Under the pieces are notes generated by a model that was not told the DNA's origin, searched no databases, and saw nothing but the letters and a program-made list of their open reading frames with translations. The position numbers and the translations under genes were made by a program. Source: Pseudomonadota bacterium (GTDB lineage: Bacteria > Pseudomonadota > Alphaproteobacteria > Minwuiales > Minwuiaceae). From it: a stretch of 64,000 bases of DNA. Below, in pieces: positions 29,138 to 40,792 of the stretch (its first letter is position 1; each line of letters starts with the position of its first letter). The DNA is taken from positions 66,334 to 130,333 of the forward strand of contig JAYZWD010000005.1 in the NCBI GenBank assembly GCA_036154895.1, read 5' to 3'.

Positions 29138-31069
29138 ATGAATGCACGCAGCGACATCGGCCGGCCCTTCGATGCCGACGACGAGACCATCCGCAAGGCG
29201 CTGGAGGTCGCGCACATTCCGGCGTTGATGAACGCGCTGGTGCACATCACCGGCGATCCCTCCATCATCCGCGGCGCCATCCGGCCGAAGAAGACCCTGT
29301 TCCGCGACCCGCAGGCCGGCATCGACGAGGCCGGGCAGGCCGAGGTCCGTGCCCTGGCCTTCGACCTGCTGAGGGCCTGGCGGGATGCCGGTGCGCCCGA
29401 TCCGGTCGTTCCCGGCCCCGACCTGGTGCGCGAGATGCTGACCTTCATCATCGGCCAGCAGGTCTCCGACGACTATGTCGAGTTCCTGTCGTCAGAACTG
29501 GGCATGTATGGCGAGGATCCCTTCGCCCATGCGCCGCTGGACGCCATCCCGGCGGCTCAGCGCGCCGGCTTCCACGTGCTGGTGATCGGCGCCGGCATGT
29601 CGGGCCTGCTGGCGGCGATCCGGCTGAAGGCGGAGGGGATCGGCTTCACCATCGTCGAGCGCCATGCCGACGTGGGCGGTACCTGGTTCGCCAACACCTA
29701 TCCCGGTTGCCGCGTCGACAGCCCCAACCACACCTACAGCTATTCCTTCGCGCCCAATGACTGGCCGCAGCACTTCTCGACCCAGCCGGTGCTGCTGGAC
29801 TACTTCCGCCGCGTGGCGGACGAACAGGGCATCCGGGAGAACGTGCGCTGCTCGACCGAGGTCACGGCCGCGCGCTTCGACGAGGCGACGGGTCTCTGGA
29901 CCGCCACCCTGCGCACCGCGGACGGCCGCGAGGAGACGGTGCAGGCCAACGCGATCATCTCGGCCGCCGGGCAGCTTCGCCGGCCGAAATATCCCGACGT
30001 GCCGGGCCGCGACAGCTTCGCCGGACCGTCCTTCCACTCGGCGGAATGGCGCCACGATGTCGACCTGACCGGTCGCAGGGTGATCGTCATAGGCACCGGC
30101 GCCAGCGCCTTCCAGTTCGTGCCCGAGATCGCGAAACAGGCTGCGGACATCACGATATTCCAGCGCACGCCGCCCTGGCAGATCCCGACGCCGGAGTACC
30201 ACGACTACATTTCCGCCGAGAAGCACTGGCTGCTGAACACCGTGCCGTTCTACGCGCGCTGGTTCCGCTTCTGGATGTTCTGGACCACGACCGAGGGTCT
30301 GCTGCCCTTCGTCAGCGCCGAGGAGGGCTGGAACGGCGACCACAACACCGTCAGCGCCATGAACGAGCAGCTCCGCCAGATGCTGACGCTCTACATGACC
30401 CAGCTCTGCGGCGGCGATGACGACCTCCGGGCCAAGGTGATCCCGGACTATCCCCCGGGCGGCAAGCGCATGCTGCGCGACAACGGCAACTGGATGCGGG
30501 CGCTGGCGCGCGACAATGTCCAGGTCGAGACCGACAGGATCGTCGAGGTCGTGCCGGAGGGCGTGCGCACGGCCGACGGCCGGGTCCACAAGGCGGACGT
30601 GCTGATCTACGGCACCGGCTTCGATGCCGACGGCTTCCTGAAGCCCATGCGCATCACCGGGCGGGGTGGCGTCGACCTGCACGAACACTGGGACGGCGAC
30701 GCCCGCGCCTACCTGGGCATCACCGCGCCGGGCTTCCCCAACCTGTTCATGCTCTACGGTCCCAACACCAACATAGTCGTCAACGGCTCGATCATCTTCT
30801 ATTCGGAGTGCGAGGTCCGTTACGTCATGGGCTGCCTGAAGCTGCTGCTGGAGGGCGGACACCGGGCGCTGGACTGCCGCACGGACGTGCACGACCGCTA
30901 CAACGCCGAGATCGACGCCGCCAACGCCCGCATGGCCTGGGGCGCGCCGAGCGTGCGCAGCTGGTACAAGAACGCGAAGGGCCGGGTGACGCAGAACTGG
31001 CCCTTTTCGCAGTTGCAGTTCTGGCAGCGCACCCGACAACCCGACCCGGCCGATTTCGAGATGCTGTGA
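29138..31069 (+). CDS. Baeyer-Villiger monooxygenase (4-hydroxyacetophenone monooxygenase-like, with N-terminal extension)
   Basis: GAGMSG, GGTW..NTYPGCRVD, the BVMO fingerprint FAGPSFHSAEW, GTGASA, GTGF. Confidence 0.9.
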   Translation: MNARSDIGRPFDADDETIRKALEVAHIPALMNALVHITGDPSIIRGAIRPKKTLFRDPQAGIDEAGQAEVRALAFDLLRAWRDAGAPDPVVPGPDLVREMLTFIIGQQVSDDYVEFLSSELGMYGEDPFAHAPLDAIPAAQRAGFHVLVIGAGMSGLLAAIRLKAEGIGFTIVERHADVGGTWFANTYPGCRVDSPNHTYSYSFAPNDWPQHFSTQPVLLDYFRRVADEQGIRENVRCSTEVTAARFDEATGLWTATLRTADGREETVQANAIISAAGQLRRPKYPDVPGRDSFAGPSFHSAEWRHDVDLTGRRVIVIGTGASAFQFVPEIAKQAADITIFQRTPPWQIPTPEYHDYISAEKHWLLNTVPFYARWFRFWMFWTTTEGLLPFVSAEEGWNGDHNTVSAMNEQLRQMLTLYMTQLCGGDDDLRAKVIPDYPPGGKRMLRDNGNWMRALARDNVQVETDRIVEVVPEGVRTADGRVHKADVLIYGTGFDADGFLKPMRITGRGGVDLHEHWDGDARAYLGITAPGFPNLFMLYGPNTNIVVNGSIIFYSECEVRYVMGCLKLLLEGGHRALDCRTDVHDRYNAEIDAANARMAWGAPSVRSWYKNAKGRVTQNWPFSQLQFWQRTRQPDPADFEML

Positions 31070-31166
31070 TCCCGTTCGCCGGCGGTCCGGATCACCCGTG
31101 CTGTCGCATGGGGGGCTGGCGCGCCGGGCAATGGTCGGGAAGCCCTCGCTCGCATATGGTCGCGCG

Positions 31167-32144
31167 ATGGCAGGCATGATGGAAGGCGAGGCGCCCGAGC
31201 CGCGCAAGGCCGGTCCGCTCAGCGAGGGCGCGATCGCCGGCATGGCATGGCTGGCGCTGTCGGGGGCGATCTTCGCCACCTTCACCGCCATCGTGCGCTA
31301 TGTCTCGTCGGACCTGCATCCGGCGGAGACCGCCTTCCTGCGCTATCTCTTCGGCCTGATGTTCATCCTGCCGGTGGTCCTGCGGGCGGGTCGGCGCGCC
31401 GAACTGCGCACCGACCGGCCGATGCTGCACCTGTTGCGTGGCGTGGTGCATGGCGCGGGTGTGGCGCTCTGGTTCTACGCGCTGTCGAAGATCCACCTGG
31501 CCGAGGTTACCGCGCTGGGCTTCACCTCGCCGGTCTGGGCAACCATCGGCGCCATCCTGATCCTGGGCGAGAAGGTCCGCTTCCGGCGTATCGCGGCCGT
31601 TGTGCTGGGCCTGACCGGCGCGATGATCGTGCTGTTCGGCGTGCCGCAGTCCTGGGCCGAACTGGAATCGAACTTCTCCACCATCGGGCTGGGGCAACTC
31701 GCCATGCTGATCGCCGCGCCGCTGTTCGCCACCTCCAAGGTGATCACGAAAAAGCTCACGGCGACCGAATCGACCACCGCCATCGTGGCCTGGCTGTCGG
31801 GCCTGGTGACGCTGTTCCTGGCGCCCATCGCCATCTACTACTGGCGCACGCCGACGCTGGAGGAACTGTTCTGGCTGGCGCTGACCGCGGCCCTGGCCAC
31901 CATCGCGCACCTGTGCATGACCCGGGCCTGGCGCGCGGCCGACCTGTCCGTGACGCAGCCGGTCGAGTTCCTGCAACTGGTCTGGGCCTCGCTGATCGGC
32001 ATCTACGCCTTCGGCGAGGACCCGGCGCTCGGGACCTGGGTCGGCGGTGCGATCATCGTCGGTTCCGCCACCTATATCGCCCACCGCGAGGCGCAGAGCC
32101 GCCGGCGGGAGGCACGGGCCGCCCGGGCCGCTGCGGCCGTCTGA
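31167..32144 (+). CDS. DMT/EamA family transporter
   Basis: About 10 TM segments. Motifs LGEKVRFRR, ADLSVTQP.EF.QL, FGEDP. Confidence 0.88.
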   Translation: MAGMMEGEAPEPRKAGPLSEGAIAGMAWLALSGAIFATFTAIVRYVSSDLHPAETAFLRYLFGLMFILPVVLRAGRRAELRTDRPMLHLLRGVVHGAGVALWFYALSKIHLAEVTALGFTSPVWATIGAILILGEKVRFRRIAAVVLGLTGAMIVLFGVPQSWAELESNFSTIGLGQLAMLIAAPLFATSKVITKKLTATESTTAIVAWLSGLVTLFLAPIAIYYWRTPTLEELFWLALTAALATIAHLCMTRAWRAADLSVTQPVEFLQLVWASLIGIYAFGEDPALGTWVGGAIIVGSATYIAHREAQSRRREARAARAAAAV

Positions 32145-32228
32145 TACCGGTCTCCGTGGCGCGCACCCCGCGTTGCGCCGTCCTGCCCGAGGCTTTATGC
32201 ATGGGCACAAGCACAGCGGGAGCGCAGC

Positions 32229-32510
32229 ATGACCGACCAGATCTTTGCCGACGGCCTGATGAACATTTCCGTGCTCGAGGGCGCGGTGCGTGTCGACTTC
32301 TACCAGCAGTCGCCGACCGAGCGGGACAAGGATGGCAAGCCGGCGAAGGTGTTCTCCCATCGCCTGGTGCTGACGTTGCAGGGCTTCCTGCAGACCGCCG
32401 GGGCCATGGACCAGCTCGTCAGCCAGATGGAACAGCGCGGCCTGGTCACCCGTCGCGCCGGCGGCGGTGCCGAGGCGACGACCGGCGGCCTCTCCGACGC
32501 GGGCCGCTGA
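32229..32510 (+). CDS. Conserved-looking small hypothetical protein (93 aa)
   Basis: GGAG RBS and typical codon usage. IFADG..NI....G.VRVDF...RLVLTLQGF pattern. Confidence 0.75.
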   Translation: MTDQIFADGLMNISVLEGAVRVDFYQQSPTERDKDGKPAKVFSHRLVLTLQGFLQTAGAMDQLVSQMEQRGLVTRRAGGGAEATTGGLSDAGR

Positions 32511-32580
32511 GCCGTTTCATCGCGGTTGCGGCGCGTCCGGCGCATCGCCGATACTCCGGTCCCGGGGAGGACCGGACAGC

Positions 32581-34128
32581 ATGCATGAGCTGATCGAGGA
32601 ACTGCGTCGCGCACAGGCGGCGACGCTGGATCATGGCGGGCCGGACAAGGTCGCGCGCCAGCGCAAGGCTGGCAAGAACACCGCGCGCGAACGCGTCGCG
32701 ATGCTGCTGGACCCGGGGCCGTTCGAGGAGGTGGGGCAACTCGCCACCCACGCCCACACGGCCGTCACCCCGGTCAAGAACAAGATCACGCCGGCCGACG
32801 GCGTGGTCACCGGCTTCGGCCGGATCGACGGGCGCGCCGTCGGCGTGATCTCGGAGGACTTCACGGTGCTGGGCGGCTCGCTCGGCCTGATGAACTTCGA
32901 GAAGAAGTGCCGGATGATCGACCTGGCCGGCCGTGACCGCATTCCGCTGGTCTGGCTGTTCGACGGGGCCGGCGCGCGCACCGACGAGTATGTCGGCGAG
33001 GGCGTCGCGCCCATGCACCATTTCATGGACGTGGCCCGGCTGACCGGTCGCTCGCCGCAGGTCTGCGCGGTGATGGGCCCCAGTGCCGGCGATTCCTCGC
33101 TGCTGGCGGCGATGATGGAGTTCATCGTCATGGTGCGCGGCACCTCGATGCTGGCCGCCGGCGGGCCCCCGCTGGTCGCCTCCGGCACCGGCGAGACCGT
33201 CTCGAAGGAGGAACTCGGTGGCGCCGACCTGCACTGCGCCATCTCCGGCGTCGGTGACAATGCCGTCGATACCGAGGCGGAGGCGCTTGCCGCGATCCGG
33301 CGTTACCTCTCCTACATGCCGACCAACGCCTGGAACTATCCGCCCTCGATTCCGTCCGGCGACGATCCGGAACGGATGGAGGAGGGGCTGCTGTCGATCA
33401 TCCCAGAGAACCGGCGCCGGCCCTATGACATGAAGCGGGTCATCGACCTGGTGGTCGACCGTGACAGCTTCATGGAGATCAAGCCCGACTTCGCGAAGAT
33501 GATGATCACCGGCCTGGCGCGCCTGAACGGTCATGTGGTCGGCATCTGCGCCAACCAGCCGAAGGTGCTGTCCGGTGCGGTGACCGCCGCGGCGGGCGTC
33601 AAGCTGCGGCATTTCATGGACGTCTGTGCGGCCTATCATGTCCCGCTGGTGTTTCTCACCGATACTCCGGGGGTGATGACGGGACCGAAATCGGAGCGGG
33701 AGGCCGCGCTGCGGATCGGCATGCAGATCGCCCACTGCTTTGCCTTCGCCAACGTGCCGATCCTGACGGTGATCGTGCACAAGGGCTTCGGCTATGGCGC
33801 GGCGGCGATGGGCGGTTACGCGGCCGGGCAGTCGATGGTGCTGGCCTGGCCCTCGGCCGACTTCAATGCCATCCCGCTCGACAGCGGCATCACTGCGGCC
33901 TACCGCGCCGACCTGGAGGCTTCGGCGGACCCGAAGGCGCTGCATGCCCGGCTGGTCTCCGAGTACCAGAGTCTGTGCGGCGCGATTCCGGCGGCAAGCA
34001 GGATGAAGGTCGACGACGTCATCGACCCGCGCGAAACTCGACCCCGCCTGATTCGCGCGCTGGAACGCGCGCTCAACCGCCGGACCGAGCCGGCGGCACC
34101 GACCCTGCGTCACGGAGTACTGCCATGA
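32581..34128 (+). CDS. Acyl-CoA carboxylase/decarboxylase carboxyltransferase (beta) subunit
   Basis: GK.TARERV..LLD, ADGVVTG.G.IDGR, DFTVLGGS, EELGGA, DTPG, DDVIDPRETR. Confidence 0.9.
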   Translation: MHELIEELRRAQAATLDHGGPDKVARQRKAGKNTARERVAMLLDPGPFEEVGQLATHAHTAVTPVKNKITPADGVVTGFGRIDGRAVGVISEDFTVLGGSLGLMNFEKKCRMIDLAGRDRIPLVWLFDGAGARTDEYVGEGVAPMHHFMDVARLTGRSPQVCAVMGPSAGDSSLLAAMMEFIVMVRGTSMLAAGGPPLVASGTGETVSKEELGGADLHCAISGVGDNAVDTEAEALAAIRRYLSYMPTNAWNYPPSIPSGDDPERMEEGLLSIIPENRRRPYDMKRVIDLVVDRDSFMEIKPDFAKMMITGLARLNGHVVGICANQPKVLSGAVTAAAGVKLRHFMDVCAAYHVPLVFLTDTPGVMTGPKSEREAALRIGMQIAHCFAFANVPILTVIVHKGFGYGAAAMGGYAAGQSMVLAWPSADFNAIPLDSGITAAYRADLEASADPKALHARLVSEYQSLCGAIPAASRMKVDDVIDPRETRPRLIRALERALNRRTEPAAPTLRHGVLP

Positions 34129-34799
34129 CCTTCAAGATCCGCTCGCTGGCCGCCCTCGGCCTTGCCGGTCTTCTGGCCGCCTGCGCACCGGCGGCGAAGC
34201 CCGTGGCGGTCGTGGTGCCGCCGCCGGCGCCGCCGGCACCCCCGCCGGTCGATCACAACCAGACCGGCACCTTCACCGCGGCCGAGGCCTTCTGCCCGCC
34301 GCCGCTGTGGCTGTCGGTGGTGCATCCGGGCGGCAGGGACGACCGGGTGATCGAGGTGTTCAGCCACGATTTCACCACCATGGCCTCGGTCGAGTACGGC
34401 GAGGGCGCGAAGCAGCTGCCGTTCCGGCGGCTCTACGCCTTCGTCGCGACGCCGAAGGAATGCGCCGAGGACTGGACGATCTACGCCGAGGTCTCCGACG
34501 GGGCGCGGGCGACGGTGTTCAAGGGCGTGCTGACGCCGACCGGCTTCTTCGTCGAGAAGTTCCTGCCGGCCAGCCTGGACTACGCCACGGCACGGGCGGA
34601 CTTCGTCAACGGCTGGAAGCGGGTGGCGCCGAAGGTCGGCACGCTGGTCTCCTACGACCAGGGCCAGAACTTCAAGTACCGCTCGCTGATCGATGACGTG
34701 GACCCGGCGCAGCGCCTGCTGGCCAAGGTGATCCTGGAGGCGGTGGCCAGCCAGGTGCAGGTCGAGATGGCGACGCGGGTCGCGGCACAGAGCAACTGA
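34125..34799 (+). CDS. Hypothetical lipoprotein
   Basis: Signal peptide with lipobox LAAC, a Pro-rich linker and a globular domain. ATGA overlap with the upstream gene. Confidence 0.8.
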   Translation: MTFKIRSLAALGLAGLLAACAPAAKPVAVVVPPPAPPAPPPVDHNQTGTFTAAEAFCPPPLWLSVVHPGGRDDRVIEVFSHDFTTMASVEYGEGAKQLPFRRLYAFVATPKECAEDWTIYAEVSDGARATVFKGVLTPTGFFVEKFLPASLDYATARADFVNGWKRVAPKVGTLVSYDQGQNFKYRSLIDDVDPAQRLLAKVILEAVASQVQVEMATRVAAQSN

Positions 34800-34834
34800 A
34801 CGGCGAAAACGCCGGCAATCCTGGGGAGGATGAT

Positions 34835-35860
34835 ATGGCGCTGAAGGTGGACACGCAGCTGCGTGGCTTCGACTTCAAGAAGGTGGGCGAGCATGCCCGC
34901 AAGCTCGAGGCGATGGGCTTCGATGCGATCTGGACCTTCGAGGCGGGGCAGGATGCCTTCACCCCGCTGATCCTGGCGGGCGGGCAGACCGAGAACATCC
35001 ACCTCGGCACCAACATCGCCGTCGCCTTCGGCCGCACGCCCTTCGCCATGGCGCTGAACGCCTGGGACATGCAGAAGCTGTCGAACGGCCGCTTCCACCT
35101 GGGCCTCGGCACGCAGGTGCGCGCGCATATCGAGCGGCGCTACTCGGCGACCTTCGACCAGCCGGCCAAGCGCATCATCGACTACATCAACTGCGTCCGC
35201 GCCATCTGGGACACCTTCCAGAACGGCACGCGCCCGGCCTACAAGGGCGAGTTCTACCAGTTCACCCTGATCAACCCGTTCTTCAACCCGGGCCCGCTGG
35301 ACAATCCCGACATCCCGATCTACCTGGCCGGCGTCAACGAGCGCATGTGCCGCGCGACGGGCGAGTGCGCCGACGGGTTCCACGCCCATCCGATCCACAC
35401 CATCAGCTACCTGACGGACGTGGTGAAGCCGGCGATCAACGAGGGTGCGAAGACGCGCGGCAAGACCGTCGACGACCTGACCATCCAGACCATGGTGCTG
35501 ATTGCCACCGGCGACACCCAGGCCGAGATCGACAAGGCGGTCGAGGACGTGCGCGGCCAGATCGCCTTCTACGGCTCCACGCCCAACTACCGGGCGGTGC
35601 TGGAGCATATCGGCGAGGGCGCCATCGGCAAGGAACTGAGCCAGCTGATGCGCGAGGGCCGCATGGACGAGCTGGCGGCGAAGGTGCCGGACCGGATCGT
35701 CGACCAGGTGGCGGTGATCGGCAAGATCGGCGAGGTCGGCCGCATGGTCCGCGAACGCTATGATGGCGTGCTGGACCGCGTCGCCTACTACTACCCGGTG
35801 CCCGAGACCGACCCGGTGGAGAAGTGGGCCGAGTTCACCGCCGCCGTGAAGGCTGCCTGA
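34835..35860 (+). CDS. LLM-class oxidoreductase, probable F420-dependent (TIGR03617-like)
   Basis: LGTNIAVAF.R.P, SNGRF.LGLGTQVRAHIERRY, PIYLAGV, GECADGF..HP, QIAFYGSTP.Y. Confidence 0.88.
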   Translation: MALKVDTQLRGFDFKKVGEHARKLEAMGFDAIWTFEAGQDAFTPLILAGGQTENIHLGTNIAVAFGRTPFAMALNAWDMQKLSNGRFHLGLGTQVRAHIERRYSATFDQPAKRIIDYINCVRAIWDTFQNGTRPAYKGEFYQFTLINPFFNPGPLDNPDIPIYLAGVNERMCRATGECADGFHAHPIHTISYLTDVVKPAINEGAKTRGKTVDDLTIQTMVLIATGDTQAEIDKAVEDVRGQIAFYGSTPNYRAVLEHIGEGAIGKELSQLMREGRMDELAAKVPDRIVDQVAVIGKIGEVGRMVRERYDGVLDRVAYYYPVPETDPVEKWAEFTAAVKAA

Positions 35861-35885
35861 CACCACGTACCGTTGGATCAAGAAG

Positions 35886-35921
35886 AAAGGCCCCGTGACG
35901 GTTCCCGTCACGGGGCCTTTT
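35886..35921. terminator. Bidirectional rho-independent terminator between convergent genes
   Basis: AAAGGCCCCGTGACGG-ttc-CCGTCACGGGGCCTTTT. Confidence 0.85.
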
Positions 35922-35971
35922 CCGTTGCAGGCATGCGCAGCGGCGGGGCGCCGGGGCGCCCCGCGCCACGA

Positions 35972-38077
<2,106 letters not shown>

Positions 38078-38256
38078 GGTTTCTTCCTGTCCCCTGTGAT
38101 CTGGATCGGCTCCGAGCTTCGCGAGCGAAGCCCCTCCCGGAGTCATCTCCGTTCTATAGGTCGCGCAGGCTTATGCCAAAGTCGTACAGGCCGCGCAACA
38201 AAAGCCGTTGACACGTTGACGCAGGGCAGCGCAGCGGAAACCGGGCGCCGCCCCCG

Positions 38257-38319
38257 AAAAAGGACGGCGGGACCGCGCCCACGGCCAGACAGGGATGGCC
38301 GGTCGCCGGTCCCGCCGCC
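38257..38319 (-). terminator. Long stem-loop terminator downstream of the Rieske genes
   Basis: Minus strand GGCGGGACCG...CGGCCA-loop-TGGCCG...CGGTCCCGCC, followed by GTCCTTTTT. Confidence 0.6.
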
Positions 38320-38357
38320 GGAGCGGACGACCGTCCGCCCCGCAACCGGGTCGAGTT

Positions 38358-39500
38358 CTATGCGGCCGCGAGCGCCGCGTCCAGAGTGCGGACGTAGTGG
38401 ATCAGCCCGGCCTCGTTGCGGCCGTAGGTCACCGCGTCCTGCGCGTGCGCGGCGTGACCGGCCTGGATCCGCTCGGACAGCGGGAAGTCCTCGCCGTCCA
38501 CGGTGCGGATCGCCAGGTCGATGTTCTTCTCGTAATAGGCCTGTGCCTTCTCGTTCTCGACCTTCTGCGGCGTGAACACCGACACCTCGACGCGGCAGCG
38601 CGCCGGGTCGGGACCGTCGGGATAGGCGCGCCACATCTCGATATGACCGGCCTGCACGACGAAGGTCACGTTCGGGAAGAACGTGTAGACCATGGCGGTC
38701 TCGGGCACGAGGTTCCACTCGGTCTCCGGCCGGCCCTTCAGTTCCAGCACGCGGCGGCGCGGGATGACCAGGCGGCAGTGCGGTCCGAAGGTGTGGCAGA
38801 CCATCAGGTTGGAGAAGAAGATCGGCCCGACGGTGCCCGAGTGCAGGTACTGCAGGTGATAGCCTTCCATGAAAGTCTCGGGGCTGAGCTTCCAGTTCAT
38901 GGCGCGGCGGATGGTCAGGCTGCGGTAGTGGTGGAAGTTCTCGAAGCCATAGGGCTCCATGTCCCGCCCGATACCGGCCAGGTGGGCGTCGATGTCCATC
39001 TCGCCGCCGCCGGCCTGCACGAACAGCAGGCCGTAGCGCTCGGCGGCGGGCACCTCGACCAGGCCGTGGGTGTCCTTGTCCAGGCCCTCGAAGCTCGGCG
39101 AATCCGGCACGACCTGCAGCTTGCCGTCCAGGCCATAGGTCCAGGCATGGTAGGGGCAGGTGAAGCGCCGGGTCTTGCCGCAGCCCTGGGCCAGCGGCGC
39201 ACCGCGATGGCGGCAGACGTTCTGGAAGGCGCGGACCTGGCCGTCCTTGCCGCGCACCGCGATGATCTCCCGGCCGGCGACATCCTCCACCATGTACTCG
39301 CCCGGCTCCCGGATGCGGGCGGCGAGGCCCAGCATGATCGGCGTCTTGCGGAACAGCACCTCGCGCTCGCGCTCCAGCCGCTCGCGGCTGGTGTAGTTGC
39401 TGATCGGGTTGCGATGGATGCTGTCGGCGTAGGTCTGGGTGCCGTTCTCGATGTGCGCGAACAGTTCGCGGATCATCGCCACCTGGTCGTCGTGCCGCAT
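38358..39500 (-). CDS. Rieske non-heme iron oxygenase alpha subunit
   Basis: CRHRG...CPYHAW Rieske ligands, the mononuclear Fe site (E.YH...LH) and distal Asp (EDF). Confidence 0.92.
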   Translation of the reverse strand: MRHDDQVAMIRELFAHIENGTQTYADSIHRNPISNYTSRERLEREREVLFRKTPIMLGLAARIREPGEYMVEDVAGREIIAVRGKDGQVRAFQNVCRHRGAPLAQGCGKTRRFTCPYHAWTYGLDGKLQVVPDSPSFEGLDKDTHGLVEVPAAERYGLLFVQAGGGEMDIDAHLAGIGRDMEPYGFENFHHYRSLTIRRAMNWKLSPETFMEGYHLQYLHSGTVGPIFFSNLMVCHTFGPHCRLVIPRRRVLELKGRPETEWNLVPETAMVYTFFPNVTFVVQAGHIEMWRAYPDGPDPARCRVEVSVFTPQKVENEKAQAYYEKNIDLAIRTVDGEDFPLSERIQAGHAAHAQDAVTYGRNEAGLIHYVRTLDAALAAA

Positions 39501-39531
39501 GCCGTGATCTCCTCCGGAAGTGTCGCTGGCC

Positions 39532-40695
39532 TCAGGGGGCCGCGTTCAGGCCCAGCGCGCGGCGCAGGCCGGTATGGAAATGCGTCATCGCCGGCTCGTT
39601 GCGGCCATAGACGACATGGTCGATCTCGCCGGATTCGGCGTTCTTCTGGATGCGCTCGCCCAGCGTGAAGTCTTCGGCCTCGACGGTTGCCAGCGCCAGG
39701 TCGAAGTTCTTGCGCCAGAACCGCTCCTGCTTTTCCGACTTCGGCGCCTCGGGGATGTAGGAGGCCAGCTCGACCACGCATTCACCCGGGTTGGCGCCGT
39801 TCGGGAACATCCGCCACAGCTCGACATTGGCCGCGCCCTGGATCGCCAGGATGCCGCTCGGGAACAGGCCGTAGATCACGGCCGAGTAGGGCACCAGTTC
39901 CGCCTCGTCGTCGCTGACGTTCTTCAGGTCGCGGAAATTCCGCCGTGGCACCACCAGGCGGTGGCCTTCGCCGAACGCGTCGAAAGTCGAGCGGTTGGAC
40001 TCCAGCAGCGGCGCGATGGTGTCCTTGTGCAGGGCCGAGATGTGATAGCCCTCCAGGAAGGTGTCGTAGGCGATCTTCCAGTTCATCTTCCAGGTGCGCC
40101 GCACCCGGTCGTAGAGGTGGTAGGAACCGAAGTCCCACTCCGCCAGTTCCTCCTCCAGCGCCGGGTCCTGCCACACCGGCTCCACGCCGCGCGCGACGGG
40201 GCCCAGCCACAGGATGCCGTTGCGCTCGGCCAGCGGGATCTGCCGCAGGCCGTGGGCGGACTTGTCCAGTCCGGCGAAGCTCCGCGCGTCCGGGATGCCC
40301 TTCAGCGAGCCGTCCAGGTTGTAGGTCCAGGCATGGTAGGGGCAGGCGAACATCTTCGCGCCGGAGCCGCAGCCCTCCGCCACGGGGGCGCCGCGATGGC
40401 GGCAGACGTTCATGAAAGCACGGGCGATGCCGTCCTTGCCGCGCACGATCACCACCGGCATGTCGTCCAGGGTCTCGGTCACGTAGTCGCCGGGCTTCGC
40501 CACCAGGCCCGACAGGCCGACCGGGACCGGTCGCTCGCGGAAGAACACCGTGCGCTCGCGCGCGTGGCGCGCCGGATCCGTGTAGGCCGAAAGCTCGTTC
40601 TGCCAGGTCGTGTCGAGGGTCGAGGTGGAGCCGTCTTCCACCATCGACAACAGCCTGCGGATGAGCTGCAGCTGCTTGTCGCGCTTCATGGCCAT
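39532..40695 (-). CDS. Rieske non-heme iron oxygenase alpha subunit (paralog)
   Basis: CRHRG...CPYHAW, NWK...FLEGYHI..LH, EDF, YGRNE. Confidence 0.92.
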   Translation of the reverse strand: MAMKRDKQLQLIRRLLSMVEDGSTSTLDTTWQNELSAYTDPARHARERTVFFRERPVPVGLSGLVAKPGDYVTETLDDMPVVIVRGKDGIARAFMNVCRHRGAPVAEGCGSGAKMFACPYHAWTYNLDGSLKGIPDARSFAGLDKSAHGLRQIPLAERNGILWLGPVARGVEPVWQDPALEEELAEWDFGSYHLYDRVRRTWKMNWKIAYDTFLEGYHISALHKDTIAPLLESNRSTFDAFGEGHRLVVPRRNFRDLKNVSDDEAELVPYSAVIYGLFPSGILAIQGAANVELWRMFPNGANPGECVVELASYIPEAPKSEKQERFWRKNFDLALATVEAEDFTLGERIQKNAESGEIDHVVYGRNEPAMTHFHTGLRRALGLNAAP

Positions 40696-40710
40696 CCTCC
40701 CCGTTCGTAT

Positions 40711-40755
40711 TTAATTCGCTAGCGTACTATTTTCCGGTTGCCACGATTTGTCAAG
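40711..40755 (-). promoter_or_regulatory. Putative promoter/operator of the Rieske pair
   Basis: Minus strand CTTGACA -35 element and an AT-rich -10 region, followed by the palindromic core CGCTAGCG (40717-40724). Confidence 0.4.
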
Positions 40756-40792
40756 GTCAGACACCGGCAATCGCCCGCATGTCCCGGCTGCG

